In this document: piece after piece, positions 1 to 14,580 of the stretch
Position numbering within the stretch: the first letter of the stretch is position 1
Layout: each line of letters starts with the position of its first letter
Position numbers and translations under genes: made by a program
From: Mytilus edulis
Taxonomy: Eukaryota
Reading direction: 5' to 3'
Length of the DNA: 64,000 nt
Assembly: GCF_963676685.1 (NCBI RefSeq)
Contig: NC_092353.1
Span: 42,098,001 to 42,162,000, forward strand
Notes under the pieces: model-generated
Told to the model about the DNA's origin: nothing
Seen by the model: only the letters and a program-made list of their open reading frames with translations
The model's database searches: none

Positions 1-1502
1 CACCAAATTTAAAGTTGAAAATAAATAAAATCGACATTACATAAGTATTACAGTCATTATCATTACGATATAAATATATGAGTGTGTTTAAACTCATTAG
101 AAACATATTTTTTTTGGAAAATGTTTAGGTCTCTAGATACCAGATATCTTCAAATATGTAATGGTACTAATTGAGTGTTTACATGTTTGAATTCGCATGC
201 CGGTTATTGCATGCATACACTTGCTATAATTTACGCTAAGTTTCATTTGGATATCATCCCAAGTTTTTGTTCCCGTTCATGCTGATTGATCTGTAGTTTA
301 TTATGTTGTGCTTTGTGTACTATTGTTTGTCTAATAATGAGCGTTTACTTTTCTACCCACCACGTTGTCTGTTCCACTCTCAACATATGTCCCTCTGGTA
401 TCTTTCGTCCCTCTTATGTCTCGTGAGCATATATTCCACATCTTCTTTTCTAATCACAAATATGAGGACTTCTGGCTTGTTTGAATTCGAAGAATGTTGA
501 TAGGGTTATCCATCATTTAAACATTTACTTACTCCTTGTATCAATACACGTTTTCTGTTCGAGTTCTTCTTGGTTTTCCTAAACAATCCGATTAAATATT
601 ATTTTCAGAAAATTGTTTGACACATAAATTCATTCATAGGATTAAGTCTATATAAAACACACTGTGTATCATCGCCACCGGAAATTTGGTACTAACGAAG
701 CGGAGAGAAATAGAAAAAAAGTAAACAAGTTAAGAATTCATTCAATTTAAAGCATTTCCACTCATTTGATGAATGTGCCGCTTAAGAAATGATTTTTTGA
801 TATATTATTCTTTAAATTATTACGCCGATAAGTACAAAATTAAGACAGGATTTTGTGTTATACTCCAAAACTTGCACTTAGTACCGGAAAATTTCGAGGT
901 CGATCGTCCTCTGTCGACCCATTCTCAAGATATTGAACAGTTTTTCATAATTTTTCCAGACACGATTTTAGATTATTATAGTTTGGAATCATATTACTGA
1001 AATTTATTGTAAAAAAGATGTTTTTTTACAGAATATAGACCATATAAAATAAAGTTTAGGGTATGGCAACATGCTCGTGTTGACACATTTACTGTTTGGC
1101 AATTTGTTTTCAACTGTATGGCAACTTGATAATTTTAGAATATTTATTTACCGTCCTTTCAAAGAAAATAAAGTACTGAGTTCAAATTACTAATTATGCA
1201 TTAGATAAAAAAACCATCTGCTTGGCAGAATTTAAGGTGTATACACAATATAAGAGCTGGGGGGATTTAGGCGGGTGCGTGGCGGACGTGCGCCCCCTAA
1301 AATTTGCAAGGTATGGATTGTCTTCAAATTATTTGAGTATCAGAAGAGACCATTCTATTTTTTTTTACATTCAAAGTATATAAAACAGTCAGTTTAACAG
1401 AATCAACATGATTACTTATCAACTGACCTGCGATTTATTTAAGTTCTATAAATGTTATATAATACAAAGGAAGGTGTCAAACGCGGAGCTGCGTTTGATT
1501 AA

Positions 1503-2073
1503 GAAATAATTGATGCAAGCTAAACTTTACTGTAGTTTTAACATGGGTAGGCATTATATTCGTGATTATTATTGCCTGAGCGATAGTGAGAGCTAAAATA
1601 AAAAGAATATGATGCCTACCCATGTTAAAACTACAATAAAGTAGTAGCTTGCATCAATTATTTCGATTCTGATTAGAACAAGTAAGGCAATTTCTATGTC
1701 CGATGTGTATTGGTGTAGCGCCTTTGAATATGCTCTTCCATGAATCTCACTTTTTCTTTGGTAAACAAGCAAACGACTGACAATTATGTGATTTTTAGGG
1801 GGAGCTAAGAGTTTGAACAGCCTGCAAGAACGGATGTCGTATCTAGGTCAAATATGTCAATTTCCAAATGCACCACATTAAAGTCATAATAAAAACATGT
1901 GCATCATTTAAGAGTTTAGAAGTGTTTTAAATTAATGAAATATATTAAATACAGGGACAATTTGATAAAAATTCACTATTCTGCAGTAGTCAATATACGT
2001 ATGTGCAAACAAATTTTATTGGATTTAGAGCATGGGTTTATTCACACAGCGAAAGAAGCACGTCATATTAGAA
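1503..2073. repeat. Hairpin-bearing interspersed repeat nested in the TIR element
   Basis: Arms GAAATAATTGATGCAAGCTA...CATGGGTAGGCAT (1503-1555) and ATGCCTACCCATG...AGCTTGCATCAATTATTTC (~1611-1663) flank a GAGCGATAGTGAG loop. Right boundary approximate. Confidence 0.55.
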
Positions 2074-2989
2074 TGAAAAATAAAATAGGTTTTTAGCAGT
2101 TAAAGTACAAACAATTGTTACATTGTATTTGCGGATTTTATAATACATTTCTTTGATAATCTAAGTTCCAAAACATCCCTAGAAAATAAATATAACCTCG
2201 TAAATGCATATCTCATTCTGGCGGTAATGTAAAGTCTGTCACGACCTCCGATATTCAAAAAAGTAAAAACAGATATTATGAAAGGACAATAAAAATCACG
2301 ACAAAAAGTAGAAATTTTCGTTTGAAAAATCTAATAATAGTATTGGACCGTCAGGTGAGCTGTTGTGATCTGTCTCGTCTCACTTTGCTTCCGTCGGTCC
2401 GCTCGTCTATCTGTCAACTCTTCACATTTCCATCGTCTTAACTGAAGTTGTCGGGGCTGGTGTGATGGTGTGTTAAAGTTATCCTTAAGTGAACCGATTT
2501 CATTTCAAATTATTGAAACCATGTACAATTGGCTTAGACACATTGAGGATCTGCAAACAAGGGTTATTTTTTTTTGTAATGAATCTGTATTTCTTTATGC
2601 ATGTAACAACTACCAGCAGACTGTCTTTAAAGGATTGGTTGAGATATTTATTACCTGATAATGCTATATAGATCATTTTACAAAAAGTGCTGGTGTCTTG
2701 ATTGTAGATAGGTTTGCTTAGGAACACAGAATCAAAATAAAATGTTCGCATAATCTTCAGCTTCTGTTTTTGGGCTGCAGCTTTATAACTGTAGCTTTAT
2801 AAACTCGTATATATGCAATATAAAATCTCTATTGCGTAAGTTAGTGGTGTTAGGAGATTGTTGTAGATTTTTCAAATTTGCCGGAGACCTTGCCAGCATA
2901 ACTTGAAGGTTCTTCGCGGAACAGCAATACATTGTTACACCTCTGTCCTTCCATCCGTCAGTAAGTCACTAGTGATTGTAGATTGTTGT

Positions 2990-3161
2990 CAGGGTGGATT
3001 TAAGCGGTTTTTGCCCGAAACTTTAATTTTTCGCTAATTTTACCTCACAATAGTTCGAAATACCTACATTGCACCCCTTTAGAAGAATATTTTAATGACT
3101 TTACCTCAAAAAATTTAAAACTTTGCACTTTCCCTAATCTGAAATCCTGGATCCGCCCCTC
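2990..3161. mobile_element. Short MITE of the CAGGGGCGGATCC (hAT-like) family, degenerate
   Basis: Begins CAGGGTGGATT and ends CTGGATCCGCCCCT; same termini as 38988-40228. Confidence 0.45.
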
Positions 3162-5904
3162 AAGGCTTGAACACAGTCCTATTACATCTCTAAAAACCAG
3201 ATGTATACAATTTGAATACGACATATACAAAAGCAGGTAAATATTGTAACTGTTTCACTGACCTGTTTTTATGCCCTGACGTAGCGTTAAGTGTACCCAT
3301 GTCCGTGCGACCCGTCAAATCAAATAACATGTAATAAGGACTGGTTGAAATTTTTTTCAATCCTGACGGTGTATACTCATAAATTCTTTTGGAAAAATCC
3401 ACGAAAATATAACTGTTGATTTGATAGCATTCATTTATTTATTTGCCCTCGTAAATAGTTTCGTTTAAAAAAAACGTAATCGGTAAATTCTTATCATGAA
3501 AGAGTCGGGTACACCTTTTTACATCCAGGCGTGCTTAAGTTTCACCTTTCTTCCTTCTTATTACGAAAAATGATTTTAGCATCTACAAAATGTATCTAAA
3601 GATTAGATTATTTACACACGCACACACACAAAATTGGGGATAACTGTTTATTTTGAAACACAATTAATTCACACTTATATTCAACCAAACAGATCAGACC
3701 GAGATCCATACTTTATAAGTTTCAAAACAGAGAAGGTGACTTTGTTTGAAAACAAATAATCACTGCTACTATATCTTTTAACGCAAATGCAAGTCTTACT
3801 TGTATCATTATACAATTTTAATTGATTGAATTTGCTGAAACTAAACAAGAAATGCAATCTTATTTTCAAAAAAGAAACAAGAAAATTAATTCGAAACACA
3901 ATTCACAACTTATTTCTCCTAATTTTCGATGAAAACAAAGTATTTTCTTTACTTTATGTGTCTGTCAGAATTCTCGATCGTGTGGTTCTGTGGTTGTCGT
4001 TGGTTCATCTCTATCATATTCGTTGTTTTTCATCAATGGTTTCGTTATAAGTTAGGCCGTTAGTTTTCTTGTTGAATCCTTCCACATATTTAATGTCGGT
4101 GCTTTTCATAGCCGACTATAAGGTGCGTGTTTTCGTTGTTGAAGGCCATAGGATAGCATGTAATTGTTTACATACACTCACGATGGATATATCTCATTTG
4201 CTATCATACCACATCTCCACTATTTTTATTTAAAAAAACCAGCACCAACAAAAGGTGAATGGTAGGTTTATTTTATTGAACTTACAAAATTTCACCCTAA
4301 CAACAAATTATAAGACAACTGCCGTTAGTAGTATAACGATATATGAATGTATTTAGGATAATATGGTTGAAAAAAAAACTTTTTGTACTAAGTCGAATAG
4401 CGGTACGCAACGACGACTTCTGAACGGAATTACGGGCGTATATTTAATATAGTTTATTTTGTATATTTGTAAGCCTGTGAAGCTTTGATATCGACAAATA
4501 TCGTCACTTGATATTAACAGTGACAATATATTGCAAGACGTCGTACAGACAAAAGTTGTTATTTTGCAATTCGCCGTACAACGTCATGCAATTCGCCGTA
4601 CAATAACCAAACAATGTTTTTGTCCATATTCTTTAAAAGACATTTTTTTACAACAAATTTCAGTAAATATGATGCCACACTGTAATAATCTTAAAACGTG
4701 TCTGGAAAAATTATGAAAAACAGTTCAATATCTTGAGAATGGGGCGACAGAGGACGGTCGACCCCGACATTTTCCGGTACTAAGTGGCAAGTTTTGGAGT
4801 ATAATACAAAATCTTGTCTTAATCTTATACTTATTGGCCTTATAATTTAAAGAATTATATATCAGAAAATCATTTCTTAAGCGGCACCCTCATCAAATGA
4901 GTGGAAATGCTTTAAATTGAATGAATTCTGAACTTGTTTACTTTTTTTTCTATTTCTCTCCGCTTCGTTAGTACCCAATTTCCGTTGGCGATGATACACA
5001 GTGAAACACATATGCAATAACTCTAATGTAATATCTGAAATATCCTGGCAAAATAATTGTTCACCATAGTTAAATTATAATCAAATATATATATAGTTAT
5101 GTTGAAATATTAGGATAACTAGTAGTGGGAGATATTATGGAGATAATTGTGCAAATCGTGATACAAGCATGAAATTTGGAATAGAGGTTGACTAAACGAT
5201 AATTTAAAAAAATCAGCTGCTGAGATACAATAACAATATGTTAATGAATTTGAACTTATTTCATATAAATGAATACAGCGGCTGTTATAATTGTATCATT
5301 GGTCAGTGAAAACAATGTTTGAATCGGAATATCTTTTTTTCAAAAAGATTTGTACTGCAGTAAGTCACAACTTCTTAAGGACAAATTAATAGATATAAAA
5401 CAAAAGCTTACCGAGAAAAAATTGTGTCGACATCATTTAAATGTTAGTAAACTCTGAATATTTGAATAACAAATTTAACTTGGTAAAGATATTTGCCAAT
5501 TGTTATAACGGTCGGTCAAAATACATCATCATGACCACTACAGGTAAGATAATTTATATTGAAAAAGATAAATGTTCCCGCTTCTAAACCATGACTTCTG
5601 ATCGAAATCTTTATTTTTCATCGAACAGTAATGTGTGATTATTTATGAAATTGCATTTAACACGTAAGAAAGAAATACTAATGATTTCTTAACCGGTGAA
5701 TAATTCAAACTTTAATCAACAGATCATTGCAATTTTTATTTATTAATTAAAAGAAATACAAATAATTCCTTTATTTCAGATGTGGTATTCATCCATATCA
5801 CCTTATTTTCTTATGAAAAATCCTACAATCATTTTATTGAACTGGATTTATATCTTTTATCTAATAATGTACCTCATCTAGGTCGTCTGCTTGTATATTG
5901 GTGG

Positions 5905-6080
5905 GTCTCTATCCAGGTCAGATTCTAGGGAATAAAAGTTGTCTCTTTCCAGGTCAGATTCTAGGGAATAAAGGTTGTCTCTTTCCAGGTCAGATTCTAG
6001 GGAATAAAGGTTGTCTCTTTCCAGGTCAGTTTCTAGGGAATAAAGGTTGTCTCTTTCCAGGTCAGATTCTGGAAATAAAA
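5905..6080. repeat. 36-bp minisatellite, ~4.7 copies
   Basis: Unit CTCTTTCCAGGTCAGATTCTAGGGAATAAAGGTTGT. It explains the periodic ORFs 5878-6132 and 5898-6107. Confidence 0.95.
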
Positions 6081-7404
6081 TTGAATAATCAAGACAGCAT
6101 CGTGTAAAATATATCATATTTAGGAATTTCAATAGTTCTTACAAACACGCAGTAATAAAATATTATTGTACAATTTGAATAGCATATAAAAAATAAAGAG
6201 ATGTGTTATGATTGCTAATGTGAAGTGGATGTTAACAGTTCAGTTGCAATAGGTAACCTTATCAGATGGATACAAATAGAAATACATCTAACAAAAGCAC
6301 AAAGTTGACCTGGACATGTACTTATACATCTCAATGACAAAAGGACACTTAATACAGACCTGAGATCTTAGCTCAAACAATTACGTTCATGTTGATTTCA
6401 ATTCACCACGTAAGAGAAAACAAAATCTATTAACGAATGGTTAACTTCCTTTAGATCATAATGTCGAGATCGTGTTAGCTGGTGTTAAAGAATTTCTATA
6501 GTAATAGAAAGATATGTAATGAATACCTACTTTTATTTTCGTTATTCTTTTTTGACTCGTACTTTTCTTTACATTTCTACAAATAGATTAACAACTTCAA
6601 CTTTTATTAACACTCTAGACAGTTTACACTGTAACAAGAGGCAGACAAATAATACAAGTAATAATTTACAATTTACAAACATATATCACATAAAACAAAA
6701 TCATGTCATGTTAACATTATTTTCACTAATGGAATCAAAAATCAATCAAAATCACAAAACGAAGAAATACAATATTTCGTCTTCAAATTTCAACTATTTT
6801 TTATTTTGTTTAGCAAGTTCGGAAACAACATCTTGTGATCGAAATAAGATGACAGTCCTACTGACAAGACTTCATAAAACAGCATTCATGAGACGTCAAA
6901 ACTAGGTGAGCTATTTTAGATATGTGTTATGTTTAGAATAGTTAATGAAAAGCAATTCATCAATACGTACCTTGTCTGCAGCTTATATTTCTTATGTTTA
7001 GATGTTTATTGACCTAACTATTTTTTATAAACACTTTAATGTATTGATGTATTTAGTTAGTTTTTTGTAGATAATTGAATTTTAATGTGTTATGTCTTAC
7101 TTTTCTAAGAAGTAGGTTCAGTAAGAACCTTTTTATCAAATATATTACATTTTCTGTTAAGTGTTTGAGGTATGATACAATGTGGTAATGGTTATATAAG
7201 TATTATTTTAGAATCTAACAAGAACAAGTTGTATGATTAGGTCTGCATATGATACTCCCATGTTATACACTGTTATATAGTTTAAGGAAAATATCGACTT
7301 GTAATTTGTTGCGATTCATGTACTATATACATCATCATGTACATTACACAATATTACAATCTACATAGTATACCTCTTGATTATTCTCTTCTGATACGTT
7401 ATAT

Positions 7405-7820
7405 AGATATAGGAAGATGTGGTGTGAGTGCCAATGAGACAACTCTCCATACAAATAATAATTTAAAAAGTAAACCATTATAGGTTAAAGTACGGCCTTC
7501 AACACGGAGCCTTAGCTCACACCGAACAACAAGCTATAAAGGGCCCCAAAATTACTAGTGTAAAACCATTCAAACGGGAAAACCAACGGTCTAATCTATA
7601 TTAACAAAACGAGAAACGAGAAACACGTATATATTACATAAACAAACGACAACTACTGTACATCAGATTCCTGACTTAGGACAGGTGCAAACATTTGCAG
7701 CGGGATTAAACGTTTTAATGGATCCAAACCTTCTCCCTTTTTCTGAAACAATAGCATAACATCACAACAAAGAAAAACATACGATAAAATATCAATTGGC
7801 AGACTTAACTCAATAAAAAA
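7405..7820 (+). repeat. Interspersed repeat 'AGATATAGGAAGATGTGG' module (left terminus of the Penelope-like element family)
   Basis: Near-identical to 18459-~18880; partial copies at 51518-51616, 35128-35520 (diverged) and 52829-52863 (reverse). Confidence 0.85.
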
Positions 7821-9329
7821 ATGCCTGTATTGTTTGTATCTTTAACTACCGTAGAATAAGGTGGTGGTCTTTCACTGTTCGATTCTTTAGTTAAGAAAAA
7901 CATAAAAAAAAAAAAATGTTACAGTATTAGAATAATTAACATTTTACAAATAAAGAAATATGATTTTACCTAGATGTCCCGGTTCTCGTGAATAGGGCAA
8001 TGTAAATAAGGTACACTACAAAGTATATGTTGAAATAAAAGCCAATCAAATATTGAGATGTACGGTTAACCGAAAATGAAGCTCTGTAATGTTTATTTCT
8101 CCTCTTAAATTAAATGATACGTAAAAATATATTGAAATAAAAATATATGAGTAAGTAAGAAATTATTTCGTTTGTATAATTTAGACATCTTATAATATAT
8201 TCGAAGTCAGTATTCGTTTAAAAATGTCTTCAGAAATATAAAACAAACTTACTATTGTAGAATTCTGTGTTGCCTGTTGTTTTTCTTTGGTCAAACTCAT
8301 CATTATGATCGTACGAATACTAACACAAACAATATTGAAAAATGTTCAGATACATATACTTAATAGCGAAAAATGCTCACTTGAGATTTCTAATGGATAG
8401 TGAATAATATACAATTGAAATCTAATTATCATACCTTAATTATTTAAGTATGTATCATTAACATGATTAAGGTATCACAGATCAAACTTTTTTGTTCATA
8501 GTGTGTTAATTTGCCTTTTTGTATTGAGTAAAGCTTTCCATGTTGTGATGTCAACCTATTTTTGTTTCAAAGAACCAATGCACTAAATTCAATTTATAGG
8601 ATTTAGTTGAACATTTTAAACCTGTTTTGGGGAATGTATTACTTGACAAGAACAATATAAATGTAGGACAAAATCGGACGAAAGTTGTTCAAAGAATACG
8701 GTACCAAGCATGTGACAAAATGACGGGTATGTAACAGAGGTATCGTAATTGCTGATGGATTGGTGGATAGCTACTGGTTTTTCAACGTTCAGTGACAAGT
8801 ATTTCATGCATACTGCAAGACCAAACTAAGTTGGGCAGACGACAAGAGCGAAATGGAGACAAATTCGTTGTTCAAAATTTATTTCAAAGTGTTATTTATG
8901 AAGTAAAACGTGTATACGAAAAGTAAATTTTACTATTATTTATTGAACGAAATAAAAAGATGAAAACCGCTAAAAGAAATTAAACCCGATGAATGACACT
9001 CCTTGTTAGATTTGGGTTTGGCAGACCTTAATGGATAAAACAATTATTCAAATTACACGCATCAGCGCACACAGGTTTGTCGAATAGGCCAGTTGTTTGG
9101 AGGAAAGTTACCGAAAACCACGCCTACCTTTAACTAATACCCAATCAAATACCTGTACAGAGATTGTGTTGCGTTTTCAATATTTGAAAAAGTTTAGACT
9201 CCTAATTCAAACTTAGAAGTATAGAGGTATAGAATATGCCCGTAATGCAATTTTTCAATAAATTTTATAAATTATTTCACGGACCTAGTGAGGAAAAAAT
9301 ACAAATTTAAAAATTTGCAAATTACAAAT

Positions 9330-9890
9330 ATTTCGAAATCCTTGATTATGCTAATAACGGAATAGAAACTAAGTGGATATCATATATGACAAATGTTTTT
9401 GATAATTACGGTATGATCTGCGGTATGATTATGTTCAATATTATAATGCACAGTTTGAAATAAATGGGTGTCAAAATGTATCAAACAAACACCCATAGAC
9501 CAGTTTCAACAAGAATACTTTGCTGTTATTACAGAATTGCATAAAACTTAATGTTGTCGTATTTCAAAAAAAAATAATAATTTGAAAACTACTTTTCATA
9601 ATGACATATTTACCTTTCTAAATTCATTTATATATTATGCAAATATAGATGTGGTAGTCAGCCGCCACTTGCCGATCGAATCTGGAAGGTGGCAGGATTT
9701 AAAGAGAGTAAACATAATCTACCGTCTCTGTGACACAAACAACATTGGTGACGAGTACCAATACAAATATGAATTGTAGAACATTTTAACTATAGAAAGA
9801 AGGACATTTTTACGGAACTACTGTTAGTCAAACCCTAATATCTTTAAAGTTTATCAACAGTTAAACTCATCAAATAATTCCTTTAAACTA
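9330..9890 (+). mobile_element. LINE (L2/CR1-group) ORF2 C-terminal remnant
   Basis: HLPIESGRWQDLKRVNIIYRLCDTNNIGDEYQY matches the typical L2/Crack ORF2 tail (LPIExGRW...RxCxxC...IGDEFHY). Broken by stops; boundaries approximate. Confidence 0.65.
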
Positions 9891-11789
9891 TAAAAAAAAA
9901 TTACACGAAGAAAGCCTAAGGGTGAAGTACAAGTGAATATATCATAAAGATTATATTTAATCCCGATTCGTCCATGGAAATGGAAAACTCTAGATTCTCT
10001 TTGATATTTACCTGAGTGATCATAAAACAAAAATCTAACAAGACTTTCAAAAGTTGGTCAAAAATGAATAGAAATAAAAGATTTGTGTGTAGACGAGTAA
10101 CAACATTGCATTAGCATGATTAGGAAATTTGACCAAATGAATGAAATAAACTTTTAAAAAATAAGTGCACATCTTTCTAGTGGCGAAAACCACGCATATC
10201 GAGTTACGAAAGAGAATAAGTACATTAATAATAATTATGATGTCAATTTTATGAAATTATAGGGTTTTAATCAGGAAATAATCTTAAACACGATTCGTGA
10301 TTCCCCATGTATATAGATTAAAACAGAACTATAATTTTTATTCTTAAATTAAATTCTGAAATACAAAAGCATGGCTCTGATACTTGACAGTTCAGCGAAC
10401 ACTATTACATGAAATACACAATGCTATTGACCGAACACAAAGGTGAGAGATTCAAATTGTAAAATCAGCCGCTGGACGGTAGAATTTCGATGAATCATTC
10501 AACGATAATAAAAGACTTTTGAGTGTGCAAATATGATATAAATACTTTTAATTTGTTGAAATAACACCTTTTTGTCAAATGGAATACTTGTTAAACTGTT
10601 CCAGCCATTGTTACTAGTGACTATCAGTCCATTGCGATATTTCACAGCTCTTTTGCAAATTTTGAAGAAGAAAAAAAGAAAAAAGAAAAATTAATAGTCC
10701 TAGGAGACGTCTTCATTTGTTTAAAAATGGTATGAACGAATACTGTTATATGTTATGAAGTGCAAGCTTATGTTGATTTATCACATACATGTGTTTCTAT
10801 GGATTATTTGTCCAATTTCTCTATTGTATCTTCGATTTCTTGCACATAGATACATGAAATTAACTGAAACTCGAAAATCAATACATTTTCGGCACTATCA
10901 ACATTAACGTGTACTGCATTAGATGTAAAAGTATTAGCCCATACAAATTTTAAACAAATGAAGTTGTCTCGCAGGCCTCTAGATTTTTTGGAAAATTTAG
11001 TGCTCACCCAAAGAACCAATTTGGCCACAACATAACAATTTCAAGTTTATTTACAATTCACACAGTGTGCGAATGTTAAGTATGTTTAAATGAGCATAAT
11101 ATGTTCCCATAGTTTAGGACTTTATTCAGTATAGGTTAAAAATTGCAGGCAAAGTTATATGTTTACGAAGTGTCCTATATTTAGACTTTAGTGGAACCTT
11201 AAAGTACACCTACTAGGATGCACTCGACTCAAATGACTCAGCACAATGTTTTTGTAAAATTTAAATCTTGTTAAGGGCTCTTTTTAAAAAAATAAACGCT
11301 TTCACAAAAACAAGTGATTAATCTATGTTTAAAATTATATTACAAAAATGTCTGTATTGAAGCCTGTAGATTTTTTACAAAAATATTGGTTTCATTTGCC
11401 ACAATATCCCCATTACTATTAATCCAATGCCAATGGAACAATCAATAGTAATGCCTTGTCCAAAGTTTTCCCTTGATATATTTACAAAATGACCTATCTC
11501 ATGGTTACAGAAGGGGTCATAAACCTTGAACTGTTCAACATGTGTCGTGTCGGGTCTTTTGGTTAGCTTAATGTGGTATGAACTTGATCATTTTTTAGAG
11601 GTAATACGGTGATTTATAGTTGCTAATTACCAAGCCATTTAGTATCTGAAGTAGAATATTCTCAGTGGAAATCATACAACAGGGATAACTTTGTGTACAT
11701 GCAACTTTGCACAAATCCGCTAAATTTTTAATCCCTTTCTATTGTTAAGGAATGTTATGCTTCTCAATGATCAAAATAAGTGTTTGTAA

Positions 11790-11900
11790 AATATGTTAAT
11801 TTTTTTTTTATTATTTTGTACTGAGGTTTATACAATATTAATTTATTTTGTACGGTGTCGAACGCTTTCCGCATGTCTACGAACCACACGAATGTCGATT
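11790..11900 (-). mobile_element. LINE reverse-transcriptase fragment
   Basis: STFVWFVDMRKAFDTVQNKLILYK contains the non-LTR RT motif FxDxxKAFD. Confidence 0.6.
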
Positions 11901-12707
11901 TATATATGAATTCGGCACAGTTATACCCAAAATGATGGCAAGTAACACCCCCACCACTAACTCCCAAACTAAAGTGTTCCCTTTTCCTTTACTATATCTT
12001 TACTTCCCGAGAGATACCGAAAATCCAACAGTGGCGCCATCTCAAATATATTATGAAAAGCAGCATAAAGGGAATGTACAAATGTCGAAGGAACAAATCC
12101 AACACTTCGTTATTCGTTAGAAAGGTGTTGATTCCCCAGTATAATACGCTTTTACAAATAACATACAAGCAAAGATGCTTATTGACATCTACAAATTTAT
12201 AAAATACAATCGAACAGTTAGGCAATTTACTAATAACTACTAAACATATCACAAATGTAGCACTAAATAGCAATTAACAAAAGTTAAATTGACAAATAAC
12301 AATTTCAAGAAATATAAAATATACATATCCCCAATGTACAAATTTACACATGTACTAGTAAAAAAATTGACAATTTACAAATGATGTATTTTGAAATTAC
12401 ACTGTAACGTAACAAGTCAAAAATTGATAATTTACGAATTTAGAATGTTTAACCCATTAAATTACGGACCTTTATTTTCAAAAGATTTCAGGATTATCCC
12501 TTTTCAGGCTTGAAAAATAAATGAACCCGGGATATAATGTTTTAATTTTAGGGGGAATTCTGGAAAAAGTGTATATGATTTCACGGGATTCCAGAATAAC
12601 TCCCCTCTTACAACCCTCATTTAACATTTTCTGGACTAGCTTAGAAAATATATGACCTTTAATTATTGTATACCCTGATAAAGCAAGTACTTTAATGCTA
12701 GTTGTGT

Positions 12708-12939
12708 NNNNNNNNNNNNNNNNNNNNNNNNNNNNNNNNNNNNNNNNNNNNNNNNNNNNNNNNNNNNNNNNNNNNNNNNNNNNNNNNNNNNNNNNNNNNN
12801 NNNNNNNNNNNNNNNNNNNNNNNNNNNNNNNNNNNNNNNNNNNNNNNNNNNNNNNNNNNNNNNNNNNNNNNNNNNNNNNNNNNNNNNNNNNNNNNNNNNN
12901 NNNNNNNNNNNNNNNNNNNNNNNNNNNNNNNNNNNNNNN
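12708..12939. other. Assembly gap (N run)
   Basis: Run of N. Confidence 1.
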
Positions 12940-13829
12940 TTCCCACAGAAAGTAACCAAAAGTTAGAGTGCAATAAATTATTATTATTTATATATTTTTA
13001 TTAGAGAATTTTTTATGCCACATAAAAGCCTCCATACATACTGATTTTATTGATATGACAAGGAAGTAAAATTAAAAGCGTATGATCGGATCGTTAAACG
13101 ACAGATAAAGTAAGTAATGCATATTACTAAAACTGTTATTTTTTAATTGTCTCTTCCTATACTAACCAATGTTTCCAATTGATATCATCTTTGAAAATTG
13201 AATGCATATTAGTATAGAGAGTATCATTAGTTCCGAATTTACTGGAATTGTTCGTCCTTATCATTGATTGAAAAGCGTGAGGTCTTACCATGTAGATAAT
13301 AAAAAAAAAACATACGTCTATACAAACTAGTTTTGTCTCACAATATTTACCACTGTGTAAACCACTGTCGCTTTAGGGTCACCATGGTCACTTGATCCGC
13401 AATCATTATGGTTGGATACTTACTCTATCAAAACATATTTTGTATTATCAGTCAATTGACAGAGATTTACGGTTATGCTTTAGCAAGGAATATAGTTGTT
13501 CATTTATTCTTACAATAACACTGATATCAAAAAGAACTATGTCCATCTTTTCCCCTATATATTTTTGTTAAATAGAAGATGCAAGATTTGAACTCAATGT
13601 CTTTCTCTCGTTGAAGGTATTGTTATTAAGCTAGTTCAAACCTGAATGAAAGGTCATATGTCAAACGGAATTTTAAGAGACTGCTGTAAAAGTGAGCGGT
13701 TGAGCGCTATAATACAAGGTTCAATCCAGCATTTTCTACATTTAAAAAATGCCTGTAAAAATTCAGGACAGTTGTTGTCCTTCGTTTGATGTGTTTTGTA
13801 TAAATTAGTATACATTATTAAAAAATTAA

Positions 13830-14580
13830 AATTGTTCTAAATAAAAAGGATGTTCTTACCCCAGGCAGAATACCCTAGCCGTATTTGGCATAACGTTTTT
13901 GAACTTTTCCGCAGTGCTTTTCAACTTTGTACTTGTTTTGACTTTCGAACTTTGGGCGTCACTAGTAAGTCTTGTGTGGACGAAACGCATTTTTGGCGTA
14001 TTAAATTTTAAACCTGGTGCCTTTTGTTAGCTATTATTCGTGTGTTTCTTTGTCCAATATGTTCTCCTATTTATTTGTATTGTAGTCCTGTAATGTTGTG
14101 TTGTCATTTTAATGTTATATTTAACATTGTCTTTAAAGCGGGAGGTTTGGCATGTCACAAAACCAGGTTCAACCCACCAATTTTGTCTTTAAAAAAAATG
14201 TCCTGTACTAAGTCAGGAATATGGCCATTGTTATATCATAGTTGGTTTCTGTGTGTGTTACATTTTAACGTTGTGTTTCTTATGTGTCGTTTGTTTCCTC
14301 TTATATTTGAGTGTGAATTCACATTATTATAAGACGTGTCACGGTACTGTTCTATCAAAACTTCATGTATTCAGTTTTGATGTTATATTTGTTATTCTCA
14401 TCGGATTTCGAATTCGTCTAATACTTAGTTCGTTTCTGTGTGTGTTACATTTTAATGTTGTGCCGTTGTTCTCTTATATTTAATGCGTTTCCCTCAGTTT
14501 TAGTTTGTAACCCGGATTTGTTTTGTTTTTTTTCTATCGATTTATGAGTTTTGAACAGCGGTATACTACTTTTGCCTTTT
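13830..14580 (+). mobile_element. Retrozyme-type segment with decayed hammerhead joined to a SINE-like body
   Basis: ~13955-14000 GCGTCA-CTAGTAA-GTCTTGTGTGGAC-GAAA-CGCATTTT-TGGCGT is a mutated copy of the hammerhead at 32079. The body 14024-14580 recurs inverted at 20556-20940 with the same junction. Confidence 0.65.

Larger units (their letters stand above)
660..5003. mobile_element. Non-autonomous DNA transposon with ~380-bp imperfect TIRs, CACTGTG...CACAGTG termini and 5-bp TSD (Transib/RAG-like hallmarks)
   Basis: 660-~1040 is the reverse complement of ~4620-5003 (CACTGTGTATCATCGCCACCGGAAATT... / ...AATTTCCGTTGGCGATGATACACAGTG). AAACA lies directly outside both ends (655-659 and 5004-5008). 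No transposase ORF inside. Confidence 0.8.

Noticed and set aside
5878-6132. Repetitive ORFs on both strands; possible CRISPR-like array
   Set aside because: Pure 36-bp tandem minisatellite with no unique spacers; open frames follow from the unit length being a multiple of 3.
6519-6905. 128-aa ORF and other 60-110-aa track ORFs outside the called features
   Set aside because: Low-complexity AT-rich translations, or antisense/alternate frames of repeats, with no recognisable motifs or splice support.
11061-11067. Isolated CACAGTG heptamers (also ~62406) as recombination signals for the propeller array
   Set aside because: No nonamer, no consistent placement relative to exons, and such 7-mers are expected by chance in 64 kb.
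12663-13004. ORFs spanning N runs (also 31607-31920)
   Set aside because: Artefacts of assembly gaps.
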